Positions 1-14,052 of a stretch of DNA of 64,000 nucleotides are shown one piece after another. The position numbers were made by a program, and so were the translations under genes. The DNA is taken from NCBI GenBank assembly GCA_964057225.1, contig OZ059896.1, positions 7,564,001 through 7,628,000 of the forward strand, given 5' to 3'. Origin of the DNA: Auanema rhodensis (taxonomy: Eukaryota; Animalia; Nematoda). The notes below the pieces were generated by a model, which searched no databases, had not been told where the DNA came from, and saw nothing but the letters and a program-made list of their open reading frames with translations. The stretch's first letter is position 1, and each line of letters opens with the position of its first letter.

Positions 1-2523
1 CATGTTAATCCTGAGTCAAGATTTATAATATTTTAATAAAGATTTCTATATAATCTTTGGATTATTATGTATCACGAGCAGAATTAATTATTTTATATAA
101 CATGTAAATGTTATAGATATGCTTATACATACATATATACATTCATATACATATATATAGATATGTATGTAGATATATATATATTATATATTATATATTA
201 TATATATAGATAGTGTATATATAGTTTATATTCAAAAGTTGTAGTGAAACATGAGAAAATGGACGAAATATTCCATCATCATCATCATATCTGTTGTATT
301 GATATTCAAAAAAAGTAATTTTACGGCTCTCCGTTCTCTATCTCATGTAGACTTGGAAATATCCAAGCAAACGAAATCTCCAACTTGCATTCAACTTTCA
401 AAATTATTAGTTTTCTTTTCTTTCTTTTTCTCTCTTTTACTTTAATATTATGAATTTATTATTTCGTCCTTACTTTATCAGGGGGATTACTCCAACATAA
501 AAATATAATTGAAAGGTAAAACGATAAATCTTAATGTTAAATAAAACATAGTTTTTATCTTTTTTTTGAAAGTTTTTATTAATTAATATGACATATTTTC
601 ATGTTTAAGTCATATAAAATTATTTGAATAAATTTAAATTATATATACACATATGTATATAGTTTGTATTTAGTTTGTATAGATATGTACATACATAACA
701 AGTATTTATGCACATATGTATGAAGTATCTTTCAATTTTCACATGATAATTCCGATTGTTAAAACTTTTTTCATAACTAAAATTACTATTTTTTAGCCAA
801 ATAATAACTTATTTGGTTTATTTGAACATTTTAAAATTACTGTTTGCTCCATCCACGTTTTTGACAACATGAACATATCGAGATATAGCTGTTCTGTAAT
901 TCATGTTTTCGTTTATTCAACTATGAATAAGTTGAAAATTTGATTTTTAGCTGTTCCCTTGGTTATAATAAATTGAAAACAAAAAGAATACTCTATGGTA
1001 TGCATTAAGACAAACATAATTTATTGTATTCATCTATATTATATATTTAGATATGAATATAATGTATTTATATTATATTTAATATAAAAAAATGAATCAG
1101 TTTTCTTTCAGGAATAAAACAAAAATATTTAAATTACAGAGGGAACAATTTATAATTTTTAAAATATAAATTGATTAACAAATAGTTAAAATATGAAATA
1201 ATAATTTTTTTATTTTTCTACTTCAAATAATAAAAATTATACATTTTGTTTTATTCATAAACACTTGTATAATATATATATATATATATATATATATTAT
1301 ACTTTTTGGTTATATAATATTTTGAGAATAAATGCTTCGAAAAGCTTTTTCTATATGATCTTTATTTGGTAATTGAATTTTCTTTGTAAAAAGCTTACTG
1401 AACATACATTTATTGACTTTAATTTCATGAATTCAAAATGTATAATATTAATGTAAATGAGATTGAAAAAGCAAAATTATTTTTAGATTTCCGCAATATA
1501 GTCAATGTTATTTGTTTCAAACATATGCAATAAAGCATAAATTCATATACAACTTTATTCTACAAATCAGTTAAGCAAATCATCATTACTGAAAATCCAA
1601 ACGATTCTTTCTAAAAATTGAATATGCAATGAAATTTGAAACTTTATCTGAATATTCATATTTCCGGACATCAAAACTATTGAAGGCACTGATTTATATG
1701 ATACACATAGACATTTGAATGAATATACATACATATATATATATATATATTTCTATATGTATTCTATTATATTTTACTATACTCAATGGTTATAATAAAC
1801 ATTTTGATTGTTTTATTCAAATTTTGAAATTGTAAATATGATAACAATATTTCTATTGATTTTGTGAGAGAGTTGGGAATGACTTTGGTTTGCTTAAAGC
1901 ATCAAAAGTATATAAAATGTGGAAAGTAGCAGTGGGACTTCTACATAGTTTGGGGAAAAGTTTGAGTCTCAGGAGAGATTCTTCGATTTGATAAAAACCA
2001 AATACAGATGTTTGTTTTTACATTTGATTTGTGCTTGCTAGTCGTTCCGTATCTCTACTACATCAACGGGTGATTTTGGATGGTAACAAGAAAAGTCATA
2101 TCCTTTTTACTTATGTGTATACTTAGGAATGAAAGTAAATAATTATATTTCACATTCCTTTGTTTTTTTTGTGATGAGAATAAAACAATAATAGCTGCAT
2201 TTCTTTATAATCAACGTCTAGTTATGCAACATTCCTGCCCGATTTTCAAAGCAGTGTGACTACGGATGAGAAAGCCACTTAGGAGAATAGATTAGAATGT
2301 TTTAATGACATGTCGCTTCAGAAGCTTATTACAGACATAGATGTACATACAACTTAGATAATAAAAGATGAAAGAGACACCCGCATTGCCCCCAAAATGT
2401 TGTCTATTAAGACGCTGGAGCAGAAGGCGACACAAGCACCAAGACGACGGCTGCGCGACGTCGGATGATACAGAGGCGAAAAACACGTCAGCCAGTATGG
2501 AAGAAAGATCGTCAGTTTGGCTT

Positions 2524-4257
<1,734 letters not shown>

Positions 4258-4588
4258 TTTCTAGGTGGTCCTTAAAATAATTAATAAAGAGACTATTAAA
4301 ATAATATAGAAAGAATTATATTAAAAAGATACAAAATAATCTTATATTAGAAAATTGTTGTCAACATCGCAAATGAAACATCAAAAACAAAAAAATTCAT
4401 ATGTTAGACTAGCAATCGTGATTTCAACAGATGCAGCCAAAATTGAATATATAGAAAATGGAATGACGAAAATATAATAACAGAATCCAAAGAATTCCTA
4501 AATGCAGAGTATTCTACAGACCTATACATGAGTTACGTTCTTTTAGCTTATGGAGGATGAATATCGGGGAATCTCAAAGACCGGACTG

Positions 4589-4680
4589 TTTTATATAGGA
4601 GAAGAAGGCGGCGTACAGTTGACTGCCGCCAGCTACGGACGGTCGCGGACGCGGAACGAAGACGCAGCGCCGTCTTCGTC
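4589..4680 (-). promoter_or_regulatory. Collagen core promoter: TATA box plus GC-rich upstream block
   Basis: TATATAAAA on the minus strand at ~4589-4597, about 320 nt above a ttttaag trans-splice-like acceptor at ~4271; CpG-rich block at 4607-4680. Confidence 0.6.
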
Positions 4681-5099
4681 ACCTCGCTTTGACATCTTCA
4701 TCCAGCAAAGTCCCATGTCCCTAGCTTTACCATAAAACATACATGGGTAGATACCTATACAGGGCTTTCCTGTTCTTATTCCATATCATCTACATTCTTT
4801 TCTTTTTTCTGGTCTTCTTCTACTGAACCACAATTTGGGCGTGACGCAAGTATGGCGTAGCCTTGTTAACTCTGTTGATAAAGTTTTTAGTAGTACTTAA
4901 AATGGGTTTATGAATATGACGGAAAACGTTAATTTACAACTTATTGGTAAACGCTTTTACCTTGCTGAAAAGAATCAACAATAGAGTTTTTTGGTAAGTT
5001 TGAACGATCCTCTTCTCAGGGTGAACATCATCACTCATAATGTACAATGCCAGTGAGAGATGTACTTATCATACGCTGGAATATAATAAGGAAAACTGG

Positions 5100-6070
5100 A
5101 AAAAAGTGAAATTCTAGCTGTGTTCACTAGACATCCTAGTTGGCTTATAGAATGTGTTCCTCTACAAGAACATTCTTTACTAACGATAAGAGGACAAGAA
5201 AAAGGAAACTTGACGAATAATACAGACATACCTAACCTTTTCATACGTATAGCTGTGTTTGATGTTAACTAGATAATTTAAAACTTCATGGTTGAATCAT
5301 CTTCACTTCTTATACAACATGTTTATCTGATAATTTTAAAATTTCATCTGCTTGCATTATTTTCAATTAAATTCCAAGTCAATGAAAATCAAAATGAATA
5401 TCTGCAACTAATTATGGTTCTCCCGTCTAACGAAGACTGTCGATTTATTTAATTAATCCCACCATGATTCTGTTAAAGCATTTAGAAAGAAAGATGTAGT
5501 ATTATAAACGAATAGTAATCATTTCTTGTTCGGCGGAAATAATGTTCATATACTAAAACTAAGCCTCCGTCTTGCTTTTCTGCTTAAAATCGACTGTAGA
5601 TCAACTTGATTTCATCTCGTCTATGACGAACTATTATGTATTGAAGCAAACACAACATAACGATATCTAGTCGTGGTCTGCTCTATCTTATGTCATCACA
5701 GGTTCCAAGATGTCTGCTGAATTCGACCGCCTATAACGGCAGGAACATAATATCCTTTTCATCTTTGGCTTCTTCAGTTTATCTTTTTTTTTCTATACAA
5801 TGTGTAAGATATATAGCATGGTCAATCAATCAGAACTATTTTTATAATCATCGATCATTGCCATCACATTCATAAAAATATTAATAGAAGGAAAATTGTT
5901 TTACCCTATCTTTTATATTAATTTGGGGGGTCGACAATTTAGAAATCGGCTCCTACCATGTAGATCACTATCAATTTATACCTTGTAAGAACTCTCTTTA
6001 TATATCTTCTAGCCAAGTTTGATCTTTAGAATGCTCAGAGTGATTCTCAGCTCTAAATAATTGTTTTCAT
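5100..6070. mobile_element. Highly decayed non-LTR retrotransposon RT remnants
   Basis: Broken minus-strand motifs occur in RT order: WLEDI (6001-6015), D*LT..KPK..IMFLP (5735-5834), NIISAEQ (5526-5546), IFIDLE (5372-5389). HPSWLIEC is on the plus strand (5132-5155). Many stops and frameshifts. Confidence 0.35.
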
Positions 6071-6804
6071 TGTTCTACGAGATTAACCGAAAACTTTTTC
6101 AACTTCGACAATCATCATCCTCCAAGCGCCAATATTAAAATACTTTTATAGAATACCATGGACGAAAAATATCGTTGACACCGTTGCACTCGACAAAATC
6201 ATTAGCTGATAAACTTGTTTGATTAGTGAACCCAAGAACATGCTTTTCCAAATAAAACAAAAAAGAATATTTATTCTGATATACTATGACTTAGTAGTAT
6301 CAGCTCACAATATTGTAACTTAAGAAAATCCCTTTATTCTACCTCTTTAGCGGAACAACATTAGCTAGTTTTTTGCTTATACGTTATATCATGTAAGTAA
6401 CTGATCTTATATATCTTATATGTATATAAGAGAGACACTAATAGAATATGGCTGGATAATGAAAAATACTATGTAAAACGAAACAAGCCACTATTTTTAT
6501 TTTATTTTCTAAGCATTTCTTTAGAGATGTCAGGTGGGAAATAAAAACTACAAGGTTCTAACATTTATATATATTTCCATATCGTCATATAATTTTAGTA
6601 TTTAATATTAATAAATTTATTCGGATTAGGATTGGTTACGTCAAAACGAGAACTAATAAACATTATTTATATATAATAATGTCCCTGATAGCCCTGATCT
6701 CATATACTTTACTTCATTTGGAATTTAAAAAATTTGAATTAGGGAGAATGTTTTATCATTTATGTGTAAAAATATAATAAATCTATTATCACGAGTAATC
6801 CTAC

Positions 6805-8306
6805 CTAAGAATCCAATTGTAACCGTAATTTTAAGCATGATAAATTTTCATTTTTTTTCTCTAGTTCCTCCAGCCACCAAGAAGCTGTATTATTATTATT
6901 TCTGAAGGACATAATTTTTAAGAAAAAAATGAATAACTGTTTAGATACTTGTGCAAGACAGCTAAGCCTAGAATAGTCTCTGCTTTTTGCTCATGTACTG
7001 TTCGTTTCTTCTGATAAGTTCTCTTGTTCCAATCAGAAAACCAATTTTCTGATATATCCTCATCCTAAATCATGGACGAACATATAAAGTGAAAACTTAT
7101 AGAAAACCTCAGAAAAGTCAGAACCAATTTGATTATTTGGAGGACAGGTAAGCATAACATACTGTATTAAATTATCCATCAGATAAACATTAAAAGGTCC
7201 ATTGACGGAGACCTATTGCTGAATTAAACATAGAATTCAAATAAAGCAGAAAACCTCTGAATCAACAGGTAATCTGGACAACAACAACATTTGAGATCTA
7301 CTTTGTGCACTAGCAATCCACGCTGGTTCATCGGAGTGGACATTCTTAAAAAACGTATAAACTATATAAAATATTATACTCTTCTACCTTAAATAATGAG
7401 AACTGGGTTCCGGGGTCTCGGCTCATTGATTTAAGAGCAAGACCAGCTAATTCCTCAGGAGATAAAGACTTACCTGAAAAGAACAATTGTTATGACAATT
7501 TAATAAAATATACCTTCTATATGACGGCGATCTAAATATTTATTCGTATGCTTTAACTTAGGCATCCAATATATCATTCTTTTAACCTGAACACTTAATT
7601 TGAAATAATTTGTTCATATTATTCATACTTTTTTAGTTGCGAAGTTCCATTCACCGAAAGCATTCACAACAATATCATGAATTTCTTTGTCAGGACTGAT
7701 ACCTATAATCGCGTAGTATGTAAGAATATTTATGGAAAAAGTTTCAACCATGCCATTCCATTTCATCCAGAACCTTCACGCAACAATTTTGCTGCATTGG
7801 ATAATGCAAAAATAGTTTCTAAAAATTCAGTACATAAAAGAAGGATGTGAATTCCTACTTGAAACGTTGTTTGAGGAATCATTTTACCCTTAGGAAATAT
7901 GTTGAGTAAAGCTTTGTATGTCTCAATATCTTTATGAACCCCATATTCTTTAACGAATTTCAAAGCAGCATTGATGAACTCAACATGACTTCTAGATTTT
8001 TTATCCTTGAACATTGCTAGAAAACGCAAAGATCCTCACTAATTATAATAAAATATACTAACTTATTGCCGCCATAAAAGCTTTCTTGTCTCTTTCCACT
8101 CTAGGAACAGACTCAAATTGTTGTTCAATATGCACAAGCGAGATCTGATCATTTTGTTTTCTCTTAAAACTGTATTGTATTATTCTCATAAATTTATCTA
8201 TGCTAAATACCTCAGAACGTGCTGTTGAAGCTAACCGATAAGAAGATATTCTTGAAGTGTCTCGCTTACATAATATTTGAAAGCTTCTACCAAGTTTTGT
8301 TAACAT
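6805..8306 (-). CDS. ECSIT: ECSIT, mitochondrial complex I assembly factor
   Basis: HVEFINAALKFVKEYGVHKDIETYKALLNIFPKG...YPMQQNCCVKVLDEMEW matches the ECSIT family. N-terminus is basic and presequence-like; last exon ends LRLQLDS*. Confidence 0.88.
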
Positions 8307-8704
8307 TACAAAAATTTTCCAATTTAAATTAAAATAAATATATAATTAACTAAAAGTTGCGCAAAATTGGTGTTGACGCGTTTTACGTGAGTAAAAACTG
8401 ATTACGGTACCGAAACACGCAACACGACATAGTGCATTTTGGCATACACCTTCATACACTTCAAGCGTCAGATCTACATTTTCCTAAAGATGAACTTCAT
8501 TCTATCGGAATAATTTGTTTTTTTTACCATTTACTTGAATTTATACCTCTTTCCTTAATGCTAATTATGATGTGGCAGAATTTGCCGAATTTATTATGTG
8601 TTGTTTTATTAATGTGTAATTTTTTTTAGTCTATTTACTTGAACTTTAAATAATTTTTTTCAAATTTTAATCGTAAAAATTAATTTTTTTTTGTAGGGTT
8701 AAAC
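8307..8704. promoter_or_regulatory. Divergent promoter region between ECSIT and rpl-20
   Basis: Head-to-head starts 398 nt apart with a CpG-enriched core at 8355-8435. Confidence 0.55.
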
Positions 8705-9311
8705 ATGCCAACCAAGGCTCTTGGAGAGACACTTAGAGAATACACCGTCATCGGACGCAGACTCCCATCAGAGGCTGAGCCCGTGACTCCAGTATGGAAG
8801 ATGCAAATCTTCGCTTCCAACCACGTTATTGCCAAATCTCGTTTCTGGTATTTCGTCTCTATGCTTCGCAGAGTGAAGAAGGCTAATGGAGAAATCCTCT
8901 CTTGCCAAGAGGTAAATTATTATCTGTCTTTTCAGATATTTTAATTTATAATTTTTTTAAACTTTTTGTTTATAGGTTTTCGAGAGCAAGCCTGGATCCG
9001 TCAAGAACTACGGAGTCTGGCTTAAGTACGATTCTCGTACCGGACATCACAACATGTACCGTGAGTACCGTGATGTTACCGTTGCCGGAGCTGTCACCCA
9101 AGCTTACCGTGACATGGGAGCCCGTCATCGTGCCCAGGCTGACAGAATCCACATTCTTAAGGTCCAGACCATCAAGGCCAGCGAGACCAAGAGAGTTGGA
9201 GTCAAGATGTTCCACGATTCTAAGATCAGATTCCCACTCCCACACCGTGTCACCAAGAGAAGAAACGTTTCTCTCTTCACCACCGCTAAGCCAAGAACTC
9301 ACTTTGCTTAA
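8705..9311 (+). CDS. rpl-20: 60S ribosomal protein eL20 (L18a), 2 exons
   Basis: [13 protein letters not shown]...IAKSRFWYF and HNMYREYRD...RFPLPHR; intron ~8912-8976. Confidence 0.97.
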
Positions 9312-9547
9312 ACGTTGTTATTGTTGCACGGATAAATGTTTTGTTGTATTTTAATTTTTTTTTACATATTATTCTTAGCGTTTGTCGCTGTCTATATCGC
9401 GCTCCGTTGCGTTCTCTCATTGTCTGCGCTCTATCTCTCAGAATTAGACCAGACCGCCCGTCTTTAGCGGCGGTGGTTCTTCTCTAGTTTCTGCTTTTTA
9501 CTCCCTGATAATTATTTTCATTTCAATTTGTTCAGCCTTTCAACACA

Positions 9548-9932
9548 ATGGCCGCTATCCCAGAGGGTGATTACGAAAAAGGAAAGCAGATCTTCAAGCA
9601 GAGATGCCTCCAATGCCATGTTGTTGACTCTAAGGCTACCAAGACTGGGCCCACTCTTCACGGACTTATTGGACGTACCTCAGGAACTGTTGATGGATTC
9701 GACTACTCTGCTGCCAACAAGAGCAAGGTAATTGTTGTTCTATCTAACCGTTTCTTATATGTGAATTATTCAGGGAGTCGTCTGGAACAGAGAAACCCTC
9801 TTCGAATACCTTTTAAACCCCAAGAAGTACATCCCAGGAACCAAGATGGTCTTCGCTGGATTGAAGAAGGTCGACGAACGTGCTCACCTTATCAAGTACA
9901 TCGAGGTTGAATCCGCCAAGCCATGTGCTTAA
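9548..9932 (+). CDS. cyc-2.1: Cytochrome c, 2 exons
   Basis: CLQCH heme motif, [23 protein letters not shown]; short intron after NKSK; ends ESAKPCA*. Confidence 0.96.
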
Positions 9933-10050
9933 ATTTCATACCATCTCTCAACATTGTTGTAGGATTAAAGTTTAATTTAACGATTGTTCGATAGAATAGT
10001 TTTAATATATGTAGAGAAGGCGTAAGCCCAGAATAATACATTTTATACAT

Positions 10051-11382
10051 TTATAGTTTTGATTTCTTTGGGGATAGTAGTAATAACTGCTTTTTTCCAC
10101 CAGATAAAGTTTTCACTATTGCTTCATGGTAGTCATCAATGTTGACTGCATCTGCAGGAGGAGCGGAAATCTTTCCTGCTATAGCCAATTCCTGATATAA
10201 ATTATAATTTCTCGTTCCTAATTTCGTTCCGTACCTCTAGTTCAGCCATACACCTCTTGGTTTTCTGTTCGTTCTCAGGTAGTCTCATCCACCAGCCAAC
10301 CCGAATGCCCCTCACTTGAATATCATTAAATACCAAAGCTGAAGTAGAGAACTCGTGAGCTTTCTTTGACATGCCTCCTAAAAAGCGCTTTCATTATGAA
10401 TTACACAATGCACTATACCATAAACTATACACATTCCACCTGAAGCTAACGCTGACGAGATAGCAAGGGCACTTCGGCCACCCACTCCATTAAGAGCTAG
10501 TTTGGGTCTATTTTCAAGTTCTTTGATAAGCTTTAATCAAACTATAACTTCCTGATAAAAAATGAAAGTATTGACCTTTGTTCCAGATCTTGAAAATTCT
10601 TCTTCCGTGAAGACGTGATCGGCTCCCAGACGCCAAAGTTCAGTCTTTAAGCGGCCTACATTAGGACGATCACGAATAAGATTGATTGTTCTGATCCCCC
10701 ATGCTGAAATTTACTTTAGGAAAACATTTACTTATGTTTCCTTACCTTTACAAAGTTGAATAACATTACGTCCAACTCCCGAGTTAGATGCATTTTGAAT
10801 AACATAGTCACCAGAATTTAAGGAGACGTACTCGCGCAACATTATCCATGCAGTTGGAGGATTAATCATGAAAGTTGCAGCTGTTGCCTTAAAATTTTGC
10901 TTATGTGAGTAACCTAATGAATAGTTACCAAATCAACTTTTTTACTAATTCGAAACAAATCAGATTCTTCTGCAATATAATATTGACACCAGAACGGTGT
11001 GCTGGATGAAAATAACGTTACATGGTCACCTATCTCAAATTTTGATCCTTCCACCACCTAAATTCTTGAACAGTGTATTTATAATTTTTAACCAACTTTG
11101 ACAATCTCTCCAACTCCTTCTGATCCACCGATAGCAGGTAGTTCATCAGGAAAGGGGTATCTTCCTTGTATTCTGTTGATGTCCAACGGATTAATTGGAG
11201 AAGCTAACCATCTGATGAGAACTTCACCAGGCTTTAAATCAGTGGATATTTCTTGATAATCTATTTCCAACACCTAAAGAAAATCGATATTTATTTCATA
11301 TACTTATAAAAACAAATGTTAATGAAACCTTTCGCGGGTCCCCATACTTCCGAAATATGACAGCTTTGGAGTGAACAGACAT
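10051..11382 (-). CDS. MECR-family 2-enoyl thioester reductase paralog (MDR superfamily) ending in -SKL
   Basis: MSVHSKAVIFRKYGDP, ASPINPLDINRIQG, GGSEGVG, INPPTAW, IQNASNSGVG, ALNGVGG; ends KKQLLLLSPKKSKL*. Confidence 0.9.
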
Positions 11383-11769
11383 TGCTTAAAATGAGAACAA
11401 ATTATACACTAAATAAGCTAAATTATACTGATATAATTAAAGTAAAATTATGTTCCACTGCCACACATAGCGATTGCAATGGTAACAATTTACACAGACT
11501 ACAATGTAGTGAATCAAAGAAGACAATATGATAAACATGAACTAATATTATACCTAAGTTCTACATTCTAACTTATGATTTCTCAGTTTTCTTTCAGCAT
11601 TATATCATAATCAAACTTTGAGGGAGATAACTACTACGCACATGATTAACTCATCAAATCGTATTCCTTAATTTATCATATCAATGTTTTGTTGTTCTTT
11701 CTGTTGATCAACACAAAACATCAGCTGATATCGCTTGTTATTCATATTGTAGTGACATTTCGCTCTTGT

Positions 11770-11975
11770 AACAACTTCTTTTAATACAAACTACTCCACT
11801 TCTTTGATTAGTTTATTGCGATGAAATTCAAAGTTTTTGAATATTTTATGTTACTGTAGTCGATACTTATTTACATAATTCAAATTTTCTCTTGATCCAT
11901 CGACTATTATACAGCTCTCTTGCATTATTCCGGTATTCTTGCAGACTATTTCATGCGTTGTTCACAATTTTTTTT
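11770..11975 (-). mobile_element. Decayed LINE (RTE/CR1-like) RT fragment
   Basis: With frameshifts it reads NNA*NS..ARIPE*CKRA..NYVNKYR..HKIF..NKLIKEVE, resembling the LINE consensus N..W..G.IPEEWK.A...NYR...YKIF...NRL...VE. Confidence 0.4.
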
Positions 11976-13344
11976 ATTATTATCATTATCATGTCAATAT
12001 TGTTCTTTTGATTGATACATTGTTTTTTTTTCTAATCATCTTATTCCATGGAAAATTATATGCTCTTATAGTATTATTTTGTACTATTCTGAAATAAAAC
12101 TTGTTATATATTCAATTTAAAAGTTTCTTTCAAAATCACTCATATAATTATTCTATCTTAGGTCTAAGCTCTATTATTCAGCTATACATTGATAACTTTG
12201 AATTAGATTTGATTTTCTCTATTCATATAATAAGTTTGTTATTAACAAATGTTTTTAATAAATTCATGTAGGTAATCCATTACCCTTCTCTACATTGTTA
12301 CCAAATGATTCTGTCATCATAATCTGTTCCACAAGTTTATAAAGTTCTATAAATTGATTGAACGAAGTCGTTATTTGACCTTATAAGTCCATTTAATCAG
12401 GCAATCACAGAAGGGTTGCGATTTCGTGTATTTTTATTACCCAGCTTGTTCATTGAACAGCTCTATTAAATGATATGTAAGTTTCTTATCAAAATTTTGA
12501 ATGAAAACTACCCATGATAACTATTGCACTGATTTGGGATGTCGTTGAAGGAGTAATCTTATCAATAATTGTTGAAAAACGAAAACGATTTCGCTAATTA
12601 GAGTTAATTGAAAGTTCTACTGGATATCCTTTTTATTTGTAAGCATATCTCATTTATAATAGGGATATTACTTTACACTAAAATAATTTATATAACCGTT
12701 TTGGCATATTTTTTCGTATGATAATATATATTTTGATATGCATTCCAATGAGGTCGCTATAACTTTATGACCCTTTGTATTTATCATATTTCTTTGCCAC
12801 ATTTATTCATATAATCAAAAGAAATCATTATATTCATGTTGTAAAAGCTTGTCTTTATTTATGGATGTTATATATTGTTCCTCGTGGGTCTATTCTTTAT
12901 ATATCATCGGATGTTTCTTGAACTGTCCTCGCTGTGCGTCTTGTAATCATAAAATATAATCGAGGCGGAGGTCTAGGGCACCTCCCCCAAGAAAAGAACG
13001 CAGTTTCTTGGCCGAAAGATCTGTAAACCTCTTGATATGAACCTAATGGTATCTAATATAATCGTAACACATTGCCATCATTTATAAGTTTGTCTTCATT
13101 TGTTTTCCCTTTCCTTATAATTATTCTTAATGTTTTACATTGCGCAGCTCCAATCTAAATTAGTTGCTTAAATAAATTTTATTTAGAGTCGCTTGTTTCT
13201 ATTTGCTATGTTTTTAGGTTTAGGTTTTTCTAACTTATTTATTTATTGTTTTATCACTGTTTTAAAATGTATTTTATTTTAATATATTAATTTCTATTTA
13301 ATTTTTCAATCATATAAGCTATTTTTGCCACAAAAATTGCAGTT

Positions 13345-13510
13345 ATATGCGAGAATGACCTCGTCGCCGACTAATTCAATACCCCTCATGGTGCGCATCT
13401 CGTCGATGACGTCACGATTTTCGGCCATTGGCTCTGCGCCAACATCCCATGGCCTCGCGCCAGGCTACGCCCACCAGGCGATAACTTTGTCCGTTTTACG
13501 ACGTACGGTT
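13345..13510 (+). promoter_or_regulatory. CpG-rich promoter region upstream of FNIP
   Basis: GC island in an AT-rich background with CRE palindrome TGACGTCA at 13407-13414, about 400 nt above the first acceptors at 13916/13934. Confidence 0.55.
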
Positions 13511-14052
13511 TCATTTAAACTATTCATTTACAAAATAATTAATTGATTAGTTTTTTATCAATCATTCATCCTCTGTTTTCATGTTTAACTCATGATTATA
13601 CACGCCTGTTCATGACTATGGTGTTGATCTTATCATTTTGCTTATTATGTTGTGATAATAATTTTGGTAGATTTACGTTATTTAAAATATGCGTTTTTTG
13701 TAAAGTTTTATTCATTCTCTTTGATCTAATTTTTTTTATTCATTATTTCTTTTGCTTCAGTTTCATTCCCATATCACGAGTTGTTTTACGACTAGCTATT
13801 CCCACGTTTATGTTTCTTTATTTTATATTTAAATTTTTAGACTCTGTCGTTTAACTATAAAAAATTTACTCTTATTTCTTTTTATTGTTTTTAGTTTAAT
13901 TATTTTTGTTTTTTAGTTACCTCGCCATATTTAGGTGATGTGTGGAATCACGGGTAGATAGCTACCTGCGATTCTCGACATTTCTTGGTAAGTTGATTTT
14001 GAGTTTTAATTGTACTGTAATTTATTTCTTTTAAAGATTGGCTCTGCCGTAA

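Noticed and set aside
8970-9302. 110-aa antisense ORF over rpl-20
   Set aside because: Expected by-product of strong codon bias in a ribosomal protein gene.
12400-12470. GLRFRVFLLPSLFI as LINE RT motif B
   Set aside because: Single weak motif on the opposite strand to the nearby RT fragment; insufficient.
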